Assembly (NCBI GenBank): GCA_018716505.1
Contig: DVJW01000036.1
Span: 1 to 56,057, forward strand
Length of the DNA: 56,057 nucleotides
DNA from: Candidatus Faecaligallichristensenella faecipullorum
GTDB taxonomy: Bacteria > Bacillota > Clostridia > Christensenellales > Aristaeellaceae
Direction of reading: 5' to 3'
Shown here: in pieces, positions 12,673 through 21,891 of the stretch
Position numbering within the stretch: the stretch's first letter is position 1
Layout: each line of letters begins with the position of its first letter
Made by a program: the position numbers and the translations under genes
The notes under the pieces: generated by a model
The model's database searches: none
What the model saw: only the letters and a program-made list of their open reading frames with translations
What the model was told of the DNA's origin: nothing

Positions 12673-13268
12673 TGGCCCAGGGATTGTTGATTATCGTATC
12701 CGGCCCGTCCGGGGTGGGCAAGGGCACCATCTGCAAGGAGCTGGTGGAGCGCAGGCCCAACCTGAAGGTCTCCATTTCCTGCACCACCCGCGAGCGCCGC
12801 AGGAATGAGGAAGAGGGCGTACACTATTTTTACAAGACCGAAGAGGAATTTAACCGCATGGTCATGGAGGGCCAGCTGTTGGAGCACGCCTATGTTCACG
12901 GCCATCAGTATGGAACCCCCAAGGCCTATGTGGTGGATATGCTGGAAAAGGGATATGACGTGCTGCTGGAAATCGACGTTCAGGGCTCGATTGCGGCCAT
13001 GAAGTCCTATCCCGACGCGGTAACCGTGTTTGTTCTGCCCCCGGATCGGGATCAGCTGCGCGAGCGGCTTCAAAATCGGGCCACCGAGACGCCGGAGCAG
13101 ATTGCCCTTCGGTTGCGCAACGCCGAATTGGAATTGTTTATGGTCAAGGAATATCAGTACTGCGTCATCAACGACAAGTTGGAAGACGCGGTGCATGACG
13201 TGGAAGCCATATTGGATGCCGAACATTGCAAGGTAAGCCGGGGCGCTCAGGGCGCCGCCGGGCTTTGA
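12672..13268 (+). CDS. gmk: Guanylate kinase
   Basis: LLIIVSGPSGVGKGT P-loop; ...YVHGHQYGTP. The ATG overlaps the remA TGA. Confidence 0.95.
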   Translation: MAQGLLIIVSGPSGVGKGTICKELVERRPNLKVSISCTTRERRRNEEEGVHYFYKTEEEFNRMVMEGQLLEHAYVHGHQYGTPKAYVVDMLEKGYDVLLEIDVQGSIAAMKSYPDAVTVFVLPPDRDQLRERLQNRATETPEQIALRLRNAELELFMVKEYQYCVINDKLEDAVHDVEAILDAEHCKVSRGAQGAAGL

Positions 13269-13292
13269 ACCATAATATAGGAGGTTTTTCTT

Positions 13293-13589
13293 ATGATCGT
13301 GGATCCGCCCATTGGAAAACTTTTGGAGAGAGTGGACTGCCGATACACCTTGGCGGTGGAGGCCTCCAAGCGTGCCCGGGAGATTATCGGGGGCGCCAAG
13401 CCGCTCATTGAAACCAAGGAGACCAAGCCGCTGGCCATTGCCATTGAGGAGATCAGCCGGGGACTGGTGATGTACAGCCGTTCAGCGGAAAACGACGCCG
13501 AAAAGCTGCCGGATGAACACGCGCTGGTCATTGACTCCGAGGCGGCGCCCGAGGAACAGCCGTCGGACGGAGAAGAAACGGCGGAATAA
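13293..13589 (+). CDS. rpoZ: DNA-directed RNA polymerase subunit omega
   Basis: ...DCRYTLAVEASKRAREI... plus synteny after gmk. Acidic C-terminal tail. Confidence 0.9.
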   Translation: MIVDPPIGKLLERVDCRYTLAVEASKRAREIIGGAKPLIETKETKPLAIAIEEISRGLVMYSRSAENDAEKLPDEHALVIDSEAAPEEQPSDGEETAE

Positions 13590-13696
13590 TTCAAAAAAAG
13601 AGGGGCATTGGCGGGGCGGGAGCGCCGCCAGTGCCTGATTGTATTTTTAGAAAAATAGCGTCCGGCTATGGGTTCGGACGCCAAGGAGGCATATCT

Positions 13697-14896
13697 ATGC
13701 CGGATTTGTCCGGGAAATGTGTGGTATTGGGCGTAACGGGCGGCATCGCGGCCTATAAAGCGGCGGAAATCGTGAGCCGGCTTGGGAAAATGGGCGCCAA
13801 GGTGCGGGTGGTTATGACCCAAAACGCCACCCGGTTTATCACCCCCATAACCTTGCAGACCTTGAGCGGTCAAAAGGTACATGTGGATACCTTTGATGAG
13901 AGCTGGGAAATCGGGCACATCGCCCTGGCCAAGGAGGCCGATCTTTTGCTCATCGCCCCGGCCACCGCCAATATATTGGGCAAGATGGCCGCGGGTATCG
14001 CGGATGATCTGCTGTCCACCACGGCCATGGCGGTGAGCAATCGCGCGCCCATCCTGTGCGCCCCGGCCATGAACAGCGGCATGTGGCGCAGTCCGGCCAA
14101 TCAGCAGAATATCGAAACCCTGACCCGGCGCGGGGTCAAATGGGTGGGCCCGGATAAGGGCCATCTGGCCTGCGGGGATGAGGATGTGGGGCGCATGTCC
14201 GCCCCGGAGGAAATCGTGGAGGCGGCCTGCGGCCTGTTGTTGAAAAAACAGGATTTAAAGGGCAAGCGCATTCTGGTGACCGCGGGCCCCACCCGGGAAA
14301 TGTTGGATCCGGTGCGCTTTTTGAGCAACCGCTCCACCGGACGCATGGGCTATGAAATCGCCATGGCCGCCCGGGATCGGGGGGCTTCGGTTACCTTGGT
14401 CTCGGGCCCGGTGGCGTTGAGCGCCCCCGAAGGGGTGGAAAGGGTCTCGATTTTAAGCACTTTGGATCTGTATCAGGCGGTGGTCAGCCGCGCGCCGGAA
14501 ATGGACGCGGTCATTCAGGCCGCCGCGCCCGCGGATTTCCGGCCCAAGGCCTATTCGGAGCGCAAGATCAAAAAGGATGGCAGCGCCATGACCTTGGAAC
14601 TGGAGCCCAACCCGGATATTGCGGCCCAATTGGGCCGCCAGAAGCGCCCGGGCCAGCTGTTGATCGCCTTTGCGGCCGAGACCAACGACATGTTGGACAA
14701 CGCCCGGAAAAAACTTTCGAAGAAGAACGCGGATATGGTGGTGGCCAACGACGTGACCATGCCCGGCGCGGGCTTTGAGGGTGCCACCAATCAGGTGGTG
14801 CTCATTGGGCGGGATTTTATGAAGCCCTTGCCCATGATGAGCAAGCGGGAAACCGCGGATGCCATCCTGGATCAAATGGCCGGTATGTTTGAGTAA
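13697..14896 (+). CDS. coaBC: Bifunctional phosphopantothenoylcysteine decarboxylase / phosphopantothenate-cysteine ligase
   Basis: GKCVVLGVTGGIAAYKAAEIV, PAMNSGMW, ...VTAGPTREMLDPVRFLSNRSTGRMG. AAGGAGG SD upstream of the ATG at 13697. Confidence 0.95.
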   Translation: MPDLSGKCVVLGVTGGIAAYKAAEIVSRLGKMGAKVRVVMTQNATRFITPITLQTLSGQKVHVDTFDESWEIGHIALAKEADLLLIAPATANILGKMAAGIADDLLSTTAMAVSNRAPILCAPAMNSGMWRSPANQQNIETLTRRGVKWVGPDKGHLACGDEDVGRMSAPEEIVEAACGLLLKKQDLKGKRILVTAGPTREMLDPVRFLSNRSTGRMGYEIAMAARDRGASVTLVSGPVALSAPEGVERVSILSTLDLYQAVVSRAPEMDAVIQAAAPADFRPKAYSERKIKKDGSAMTLELEPNPDIAAQLGRQKRPGQLLIAFAAETNDMLDNARKKLSKKNADMVVANDVTMPGAGFEGATNQVVLIGRDFMKPLPMMSKRETADAILDQMAGMFE

Positions 14897-14913
14897 ATAG
14901 AAGGAGGAGCGCC

Positions 14914-17160
14914 ATGCGGTATGCCGAGGTGATCGTGGATCTGGCCAGCGAAAGCGTTGACCGGGTGTTTACCTATTCGGTGCCCGAGCATTTGGCGCTG
15001 GAAGAGGGACATCGGGTGTTGGTGCCCTTTGGAAGCAGGAAAATCGAGGGGTTTGTGATGGGCTTTCAATCCGAGCCCGGCATAGACCCGGCGAAGATCC
15101 GCCCCATCATCGCCCGGTTGGAGGACTATCCCGCCCTGCTTCCCGAGATGATTCGCCTGGCCCAATGGATGCGGGAGCGCTATCACTGCAATCTGGTGGA
15201 CGCCCTGCGGCTGATGATTCCGGCCCAAATGCGCGGCGGCCGGGTGAAGGAAAAGACGGTTCGGGTGGCCGCGCTCAAACTTCAAGGGCCGGAACTGGAG
15301 CGGGCGGTGGAAGGGCTGAACCGCGCGCCCAGGCAAAAGGCGCTGGTGGAAGCCCTGATGAAGGGCCCGATGCCCACCGGGGTCTTGAACGCCATGATCC
15401 CGGGGGCGGACGCGGCGCTCAGGGCGCTTTCGGAGAAAGGCCTGGTGTCCATCACCTCAGACGAGGTGCAGCGCAGGCCCTACGATAACCTGTCCCACCG
15501 GCCCGGCGAGGATCCGCCCCTGATGCCCGAACAGCGCCAGGCGGTGGACGAGCTTTTGCGGGCCCTGGAAGGGCGGGGCGGGCGCTTTCTGCTCAATGGG
15601 GTCACCGGAAGCGGCAAGACCGAGGTCTATATTCACGCCATCCGCCAGGTGCTGAAAAGCGGCCGCACGGCCATTGTGCTGGTGCCTGAAATCGCCCTGA
15701 CGCCTCAAATGGTGGATTGGTTCCGGGCGCGCTTTGGGGATGACGCCGCGGTGCTGCATTCCCGGCTCTCGGCGGGCGAGCGCTTTGACGAATGGCGGCG
15801 CATCCGCAGAGGCGAGGCCAGGGTGGTGGTGGGCGCGCGCTCGGCGGTGTTTGCGCCCAATGCCAACCTGGGCATGATTATCGTGGATGAGGAGCATGAG
15901 CAGACCTATCTTTCCGAGCACAGGCCCCGCTACGACGCCCGGGAGGTGGCCCAGAAGCGCTGTGAGGACAGAGGCGCGGTGCTGCTCCTGGGCAGCGCCA
16001 CCCCGTCCATCGCCAGCTATATGCGCACCATGCCCGGGGTTCGGCCGGAGAACCGGCTGACCCTGCTTCGGATGAGCGAGCGGGTCATGGGGCGGCCCCT
16101 GCCCCAGGTGGATGTGGTGGATATGCGCAACGAGCTGTCCAAGGGCAACAAGTCCATGTTCAGCGGCGAACTCATGGAAGCCATGCGCGATTGCCTGGAT
16201 CAGGGACATCAGATGATTCTGTTCATCAACCGCCGGGGCCATTCCAGCTTTGTCTCCTGCCGGGCCTGTGGGCATGTGGTGAAGTGCGATGCCTGCGACG
16301 TGGCCATGACCTATCATCAGGCGGACGGCAAACTGAAGTGCCATTACTGCGGCAGGGAAACTTTGCCCCCCAAGACCTGCCCGGCCTGCGGCAGCAAATT
16401 CATCAAGTATTTCGGCGCGGGCACGCAAAAGGTGGAGGAGGAAGTCAAGCGCTATTTCCCGGGCGTGGCGGTGGACCGGATGGACGTGGACACCACCCGG
16501 GAGAAGGACGCCCATCTGAAAATTCTAAACCGTTTTGGGCGGGGGGAGAGCCGTATTTTGATCGGCACCCAAATGATTGCCAAGGGATTGGACTTCCCCA
16601 ACGTTACCTTGGTGGGGGTGGTGGCCGCGGATATGAGCTTAAACCTGCCCGATTACAGGAGCGTGGAGCGCACCTTTCAGCTCATCACCCAGGTGGCGGG
16701 CCGGGCGGGCCGGGCCGAATATCCGGGCAGGGTGATCGTGCAGACCTATGACCCGGATCATTACGGAATCCAGCTCTCCGCCCGTCAGGATTACGCGGCC
16801 TTTTATCATCAGGAGGCCGACCGGCGGCGGCGGGGACTTTACCCGCCCTACACGGTGTTGGCCAGGCTATTGGTCAGCGCGCGGGAGGAAGAAAGGGCCT
16901 GTCAGACGGCCCAGCGGCTGGAGGCAGAATTTTCCGGTTTCTTAAACGGCCCGGAGGGCTATATAAAAGATGTGGTACAAATGCGCGCCCTGGAGGCGCC
17001 GCTCAAGATGATTCGAAACGAATACCGCTATCAGGTATTCATCAAGCTCTACGCCAGGGGCCAGGTGGAACCCATCTTGGGCTATATGGAAGAATTGAGC
17101 AGACAGCCGGTGGAGGGCGTCCGAATTGAGCTGGAAGTCAACCCGGCCAACATGATTTAG
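14914..17160 (+). CDS. priA: Primosomal protein N' (replication restart helicase PriA)
   Basis: GVTGSGKTEVY, DEEHE, and the Cys-rich Zn insert CRACGHVVKCDACDVAMTYH...CHYCG...CPACGS. Confidence 0.95.
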   Translation: MRYAEVIVDLASESVDRVFTYSVPEHLALEEGHRVLVPFGSRKIEGFVMGFQSEPGIDPAKIRPIIARLEDYPALLPEMIRLAQWMRERYHCNLVDALRLMIPAQMRGGRVKEKTVRVAALKLQGPELERAVEGLNRAPRQKALVEALMKGPMPTGVLNAMIPGADAALRALSEKGLVSITSDEVQRRPYDNLSHRPGEDPPLMPEQRQAVDELLRALEGRGGRFLLNGVTGSGKTEVYIHAIRQVLKSGRTAIVLVPEIALTPQMVDWFRARFGDDAAVLHSRLSAGERFDEWRRIRRGEARVVVGARSAVFAPNANLGMIIVDEEHEQTYLSEHRPRYDAREVAQKRCEDRGAVLLLGSATPSIASYMRTMPGVRPENRLTLLRMSERVMGRPLPQVDVVDMRNELSKGNKSMFSGELMEAMRDCLDQGHQMILFINRRGHSSFVSCRACGHVVKCDACDVAMTYHQADGKLKCHYCGRETLPPKTCPACGSKFIKYFGAGTQKVEEEVKRYFPGVAVDRMDVDTTREKDAHLKILNRFGRGESRILIGTQMIAKGLDFPNVTLVGVVAADMSLNLPDYRSVERTFQLITQVAGRAGRAEYPGRVIVQTYDPDHYGIQLSARQDYAAFYHQEADRRRRGLYPPYTVLARLLVSAREEERACQTAQRLEAEFSGFLNGPEGYIKDVVQMRALEAPLKMIRNEYRYQVFIKLYARGQVEPILGYMEELSRQPVEGVRIELEVNPANMI

Positions 17161-17172
17161 GAGGCAATCATC

Positions 17173-17640
17173 ATGGCGATTCGTAAAATCGTAAAAATAG
17201 GCGACGACACTTTGCGCAAGGTTTGCCGTCCGGTTACCCAGATTGACAAGCGCATTTTGACCCTGTTGGGCGACATGGCCGAGACCATGTACGCGGCCGA
17301 CGGGGTGGGCTTGGCCGCGCCCCAGGTGGGCATTTTGCGCCGGGTTGTGGTCATCGACGTCGGCGAAGGACTGGTGGAGCTTATCAATCCCGAGATCGTG
17401 GCCACCGAGGGCGCTTCGGTGGGGCCGGAGGGCTGTCTGTCTGTGCCCGGACGCAGGGGTCTGGTGGAGCGGCCCACCAAGGTGACGGTGCACGCCCTGG
17501 ATCGCAAGGGACGCGAAATCGAGGTGGTGGGCACCGGGCTCATGGCCGTGGCCCTGTGCCATGAAATCGACCATCTGGACGGCGTGATCTATGTGGATAA
17601 GATGATTAAGGATATAACGGATCAGGAGGAAGAGGAATAG
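17173..17640 (+). CDS. def: Peptide deformylase
   Basis: [18 protein letters not shown] and HEIDHLDG motifs. Confidence 0.95.
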   Translation: MAIRKIVKIGDDTLRKVCRPVTQIDKRILTLLGDMAETMYAADGVGLAAPQVGILRRVVVIDVGEGLVELINPEIVATEGASVGPEGCLSVPGRRGLVERPTKVTVHALDRKGREIEVVGTGLMAVALCHEIDHLDGVIYVDKMIKDITDQEEEE

Positions 17641-18572
17641 TGCGCATCGTGTTTATGGGCACGCCGGAGTTTGCCGTGCCCTCGCTGAAGGCGCTGATCG
17701 AATCCGGCTATCCGGTGGCGGGCGTGTTTTGCCAGCCCGACCGCCCGGTGGGCCGGGGCAAGAAGCTGGCCGTGGGCCCGGTCAAGGCGCTGGCCCTGGA
17801 AAGGGGCATACCGGTGTTCCAGCCTGAGCGCATCAAGCGCCCCGAGGGCGTGAAGATGCTGTTGGATCTCGCGCCGGATCTGGTGGTCACCGCGGCCTTT
17901 GGCCAGATTCTGTCCAGGGAGATTCTGGATATTCCGCCCATGGGCACGGTCAATGTGCACGCCTCTCTGTTGCCCCGGCATCGGGGCGCCGCGCCCATCA
18001 ACTGGTGCATTATGATGGGCGAAAAGGTGAGCGGGGTCACCACCATGTACACCGACCTGGGCCTGGATACCGGGGATATGCTGCTAAAGCGGGAAACGCC
18101 CATCGGGGAGATGGAGACCGCGGGCGAGCTCAGCGGGCGGCTCTCCCGTTTGGGGGCGGAACTGCTGATCGAGACGCTTCAAAAGATCCAGGACGGAACC
18201 TGTCCCCGAACGCCTCAGGATCAGGAATCCGCCAGCTATGAGGGCATGCTCAGCAAGGAGCTGGGCAAAATCAATTGGAGCCGTCCGGCCCGGGAGATCG
18301 CCTGTCAGGTGCGTGGACTCAACCCCTGGCCGGGCGCCTATACCGCCATGGCGGGCGGGGTGCTCAAGATTTGGCTGGCCAGAGCCCTGGACAAACAGGG
18401 CGGCGCGCCGGGCGAGGTCATGGCCACCTCGGGCAAAGAGGGGCTGATCGTGGCCTGCGGCCAGGGCTGCCTGGAGATTTTGGAGATGCAGGCCCCCAAT
18501 GGCAAGCGCATGAGCGCCAAAGCGTACTTATTAGGAAAGCCGGTGCCCGTGGGCACGGTACTGGGAGAATAG
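17640..18572 (+). CDS. fmt: Methionyl-tRNA formyltransferase
   Basis: (GTG)RIVFMGTPEFAVPSL..., ...NVHASLLPRHRGAAPI. Confidence 0.95.
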   Translation: MRIVFMGTPEFAVPSLKALIESGYPVAGVFCQPDRPVGRGKKLAVGPVKALALERGIPVFQPERIKRPEGVKMLLDLAPDLVVTAAFGQILSREILDIPPMGTVNVHASLLPRHRGAAPINWCIMMGEKVSGVTTMYTDLGLDTGDMLLKRETPIGEMETAGELSGRLSRLGAELLIETLQKIQDGTCPRTPQDQESASYEGMLSKELGKINWSRPAREIACQVRGLNPWPGAYTAMAGGVLKIWLARALDKQGGAPGEVMATSGKEGLIVACGQGCLEILEMQAPNGKRMSAKAYLLGKPVPVGTVLGE

Positions 18573-18576
18573 ACAG

Positions 18577-20091
18577 ATGAACGAAAACAGACCTTCGCCG
18601 CGCGGGACGTTTGGCGAAAAGAATAAGCGCTTTTCCTCCGATGGGGCGCAGGGCGCAAAAAAGCCCTTTACCCGGGGAAAATGGGATGGGAAGGCAAAGG
18701 GCGGCTATAAAAAAGAGGGCAAATCCGCAAAGCCGGTTTCGCGCATGGACGCCAGGCGGCTGGCGCTCAACGCCCTGGCGGATGTGACCCGGGCGAACGC
18801 CTATGCGGGATTGGCGCTGGATAAGGCGCTCAGATCCAGCGTGCTTCCGCCCGAGGAAAAGCGGCTGGCCACCAGCATTTTTTACAGCGCCGTGGAGAAC
18901 CTGCTGCGCATCGACTATATTTTGAAGCAGTTTGTGGAGCATATGCCCGAGCCCATTGTGGAGGATATCCTGCGGATCGCCGCGGCTCAGCTGCTGTTTA
19001 TGGACAAGCAGCCCGATCACGCGGTGGTGGACGAGGCGGTCAAGCAGGCGCGCGCCTTCAGGGGCGAAGGCTATACCGCCCTGGTCAACGGGGCGCTCCG
19101 AAATCTGATTCGCGCCCGGGATGATAAGACCATCGCCTATCCCGATCCGGCGGTGCGGCCCATTCAGGCGTTGGCCGTGGAGTATTCGGTGCCCGAGCCC
19201 TTGGTCAAGCGGCTGGTGGACGACTATGGAATTGAATTTGCCCAGGAACTTCTGACCTACCGGCCGGATGAGCGGTGGGAAACCTTGAGGCCCAACCGGA
19301 TGATGATGGATGATAACCAGTTTTCCGCCTATCTGACGGGCAGAGGATGGGAACATCAGCCGGGCCCGGTGCCCGGCAGCTTCAGAGTTCGGGCCGCGGG
19401 CGATTTGCCCAGCGATCCGGATTACCGCCGCGGCTTGTTCAGCATTCAGGGCGCTTCTTCCATGCTGGCCGCCATGGCGGTAAAGCCCCAAAGGGGCATG
19501 CGCATTCTGGATGCCTGCGCGGCCCCCGGAGGCAAGGCCTGTTTGATGGCCGAAATGATGGGCGGCACCGGCCGGGTGTACGCCTGGGATTTGCATGAAC
19601 ATCGGGTGGAGCTGATTCGGGCGGCCAAGAGGCGGCTGAAATTGGATAACCTGCGCCCGGCGGCCCACGACGCCTCGGTTTTCCGGCCGGAAATGGCCGA
19701 GGAAAAGTTGGACGCGGTGCTGATCGACGCGCCTTGCTCGGGCTTGGGCGTGATGATCAACAAGCCCGACATCAAGTACCGTCAAAACGACCAGACCATC
19801 GCCGGGTTGGTGGAAATCCAGCGCAATATATTGGAGGCTTGCTGCCAATATGTGAAGGTGGGCGGCGCGCTGGTGTACTCCACCTGCACCATCCTGCCTG
19901 AGGAGAACGTGCGCCAGGTGGAGCGCTTCTTGCGGGATCATGGCGAGTTTAGGCTGGATACCGACATGAGCTATCTGCCCCATGCGCTCAGGGACAAGGC
20001 CGAAAACGGCATGCTTCAGCTGTATGCCCATCGGGACGGCATGGAGGGCTTTTTCATCGCGCGCATGGTCCGGGTGGGGGATGAGGCATGA
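18577..20091 (+). CDS. rsmB: 16S rRNA (cytosine967-C5)-methyltransferase RsmB/Sun, with a ~56-aa basic N-terminal extension
   Basis: NusB-like N-domain. ILDACAAPGGK SAM motif, DAPCSGLGV and YSTCT catalytic Cys motifs. GGAGAA SD before the ATG at 18577. Confidence 0.9.
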   Translation: MNENRPSPRGTFGEKNKRFSSDGAQGAKKPFTRGKWDGKAKGGYKKEGKSAKPVSRMDARRLALNALADVTRANAYAGLALDKALRSSVLPPEEKRLATSIFYSAVENLLRIDYILKQFVEHMPEPIVEDILRIAAAQLLFMDKQPDHAVVDEAVKQARAFRGEGYTALVNGALRNLIRARDDKTIAYPDPAVRPIQALAVEYSVPEPLVKRLVDDYGIEFAQELLTYRPDERWETLRPNRMMMDDNQFSAYLTGRGWEHQPGPVPGSFRVRAAGDLPSDPDYRRGLFSIQGASSMLAAMAVKPQRGMRILDACAAPGGKACLMAEMMGGTGRVYAWDLHEHRVELIRAAKRRLKLDNLRPAAHDASVFRPEMAEEKLDAVLIDAPCSGLGVMINKPDIKYRQNDQTIAGLVEIQRNILEACCQYVKVGGALVYSTCTILPEENVRQVERFLRDHGEFRLDTDMSYLPHALRDKAENGMLQLYAHRDGMEGFFIARMVRVGDEA

Positions 20092-21164
20092 GCGAAGGCA
20101 AAATTCAGCTGGTGGGTCTAAGCTTTGAGGAACTGGAGCAATGGACCCTGGGGCAGAAACAGCCCAGGTTTCGAGCCAAACAGCTCTACGGTTGGCTGAT
20201 GAAGGGCGCGGCGTTTTCCGAGATGACCAATTTGCCCGCCGCCTTTCGCGAGGTTCTGGAACGGGAGGCCCTGGCCAACCCGGTGCGCATCGAGCGGTGC
20301 GTGAAGTCCAAGCTGGACGGAACCGAAAAGTTTTTGTACGCCCTGGAGGACGGAAACCTCATCGAAGGGGTGCTGATGCGCTATCATCATGGAAACACCC
20401 TGTGCCTGTCCACCCAGGTGGGCTGCAAAATGGGCTGCGCCTTTTGCGCCAGCACCTTAAACGGCTGTGTGCGCAACCTGACCAGCGGGGAAATGCTGGG
20501 CCAGGTGTTGTGCGCCAACAGGCATTTGAGCGAGACCGCGCCCGGGGAAAAGGTGGGCAATATTGTGCTCATGGGCAGCGGGGAGCCGCTGGATAATTAC
20601 GAAAATACCCTTAAATTTTTGCGTCTGGCCTTGGATGAGCGTGGGCTCAATCAGTCGGCCCGGGGCATTTCCCTGAGCACCTGTGGCCTGGTGCCGCGCA
20701 TTTATCAGTTGGCCGAAGAGGGCATCCCCCTCACCCTTTCCCTGTCGCTGCACGCGCCCAATGACGGGATCCGCGCCCGGCTGATGCCCATCACCCGCTC
20801 CTATTCCATGGATCAGGTGTTGGAGGCCTGCCGGTATTATGTGGAAAAGACCGGACGGCGGGTGATCTTTGAATATGCGCTGGTCAGGGATATCAATTCC
20901 GATCTCCGGCACGCGGATGAGCTGGCCCACAAATTGAGAAATTTGCAGTGCCATGTGAACGTCATTCCGCTCAACGACGTGCCCGAACGCAATTTGCGCG
21001 CCCCGGACACCCACACGGTTCAGGCGTTTTTGAACCGTCTGGCGCTTCGGCACATTTCGGCCACCCGGCGGCGGGAGATGGGCGACGATATTCAGGGGGC
21101 GTGTGGCCAGCTCAGGCGGCACGCCATGGAGGAAATGGGAAAACCGACAAGCGGGGAGGAATGA
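20088..21164 (+). CDS. rlmN: 23S rRNA/tRNA (adenine-C2)-methyltransferase RlmN (radical SAM)
   Basis: LSTQVGCKMGCAFCAS radical-SAM CxxxCxxC; ...GSGEPLDN.... Confidence 0.95.
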   Translation: MSEGKIQLVGLSFEELEQWTLGQKQPRFRAKQLYGWLMKGAAFSEMTNLPAAFREVLEREALANPVRIERCVKSKLDGTEKFLYALEDGNLIEGVLMRYHHGNTLCLSTQVGCKMGCAFCASTLNGCVRNLTSGEMLGQVLCANRHLSETAPGEKVGNIVLMGSGEPLDNYENTLKFLRLALDERGLNQSARGISLSTCGLVPRIYQLAEEGIPLTLSLSLHAPNDGIRARLMPITRSYSMDQVLEACRYYVEKTGRRVIFEYALVRDINSDLRHADELAHKLRNLQCHVNVIPLNDVPERNLRAPDTHTVQAFLNRLALRHISATRRREMGDDIQGACGQLRRHAMEEMGKPTSGEE

Positions 21165-21168
21165 AACC

Positions 21169-21891
21169 ATGAAGGCATTTGCGTCCAGCCATGTGGGCCT
21201 GGTTCGCCGGACCAATGAAGATGCCTATTATTTGCCCAAGTTGGAGGAGCGCTTTGCCGTAGTGGCGGACGGCATGGGCGGTCATCTGGCGGGCGAGGTG
21301 GCCAGCCGCATGGCGGTGGATGAGTTTGTGCGGGAGCTCAGGGAATACCGGTTCCCGGATGAGGAAATTATGAAGCACGCGGTGGAGGCGGCCAACGCCG
21401 CAGTCTATCGCGCCGCTCAGTTGGATATCTCCAAAAAGGGCATGGGCACCACGCTGACCGCGCTTTGGATGGGCAAGGACAGCGTGTGCCTGGCCCATGT
21501 AGGGGACAGCCGGGCCTATCTTTTGCGCAACGGCGCGCTGATGCAGCTGTCCAGGGATCATTCGCTGGTGGGCGAACTGATGGAGAAGGGCGAATTGACC
21601 TTTGAGGAGGCCATGGTGCATCCCCAGCGCAATCTGATCACCCGGGCCCTGGGCACCAATCCCAAGGTGGTTCCGGATGTGATGCGGTTGGACTATCAAA
21701 AGGGAGACGTATGGCTGCTGTGCTCGGACGGCATGAGCAACCATGTGCACAATCATGAGATGGCCGAAATCCTGAGACGTGGGGAAGAGTGGCAGCTAAA
21801 AGCCGACAGGCTGGTGGAGCTGGCGCTGGATCGGGGCGGTTCGGACAATATAACGGTGGTCTTAGTGGTCGGGGAGGAGGTCGGGAAATGA
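21169..21891 (+). CDS. stp: PP2C-family Ser/Thr phosphatase Stp/PrpC
   Basis: SHVGLVRRTNEDAY, ADGMGGH, ...CSDGMSN..., ...GGSDNITVV. Confidence 0.9.
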   Translation: MKAFASSHVGLVRRTNEDAYYLPKLEERFAVVADGMGGHLAGEVASRMAVDEFVRELREYRFPDEEIMKHAVEAANAAVYRAAQLDISKKGMGTTLTALWMGKDSVCLAHVGDSRAYLLRNGALMQLSRDHSLVGELMEKGELTFEEAMVHPQRNLITRALGTNPKVVPDVMRLDYQKGDVWLLCSDGMSNHVHNHEMAEILRRGEEWQLKADRLVELALDRGGSDNITVVLVVGEEVGK

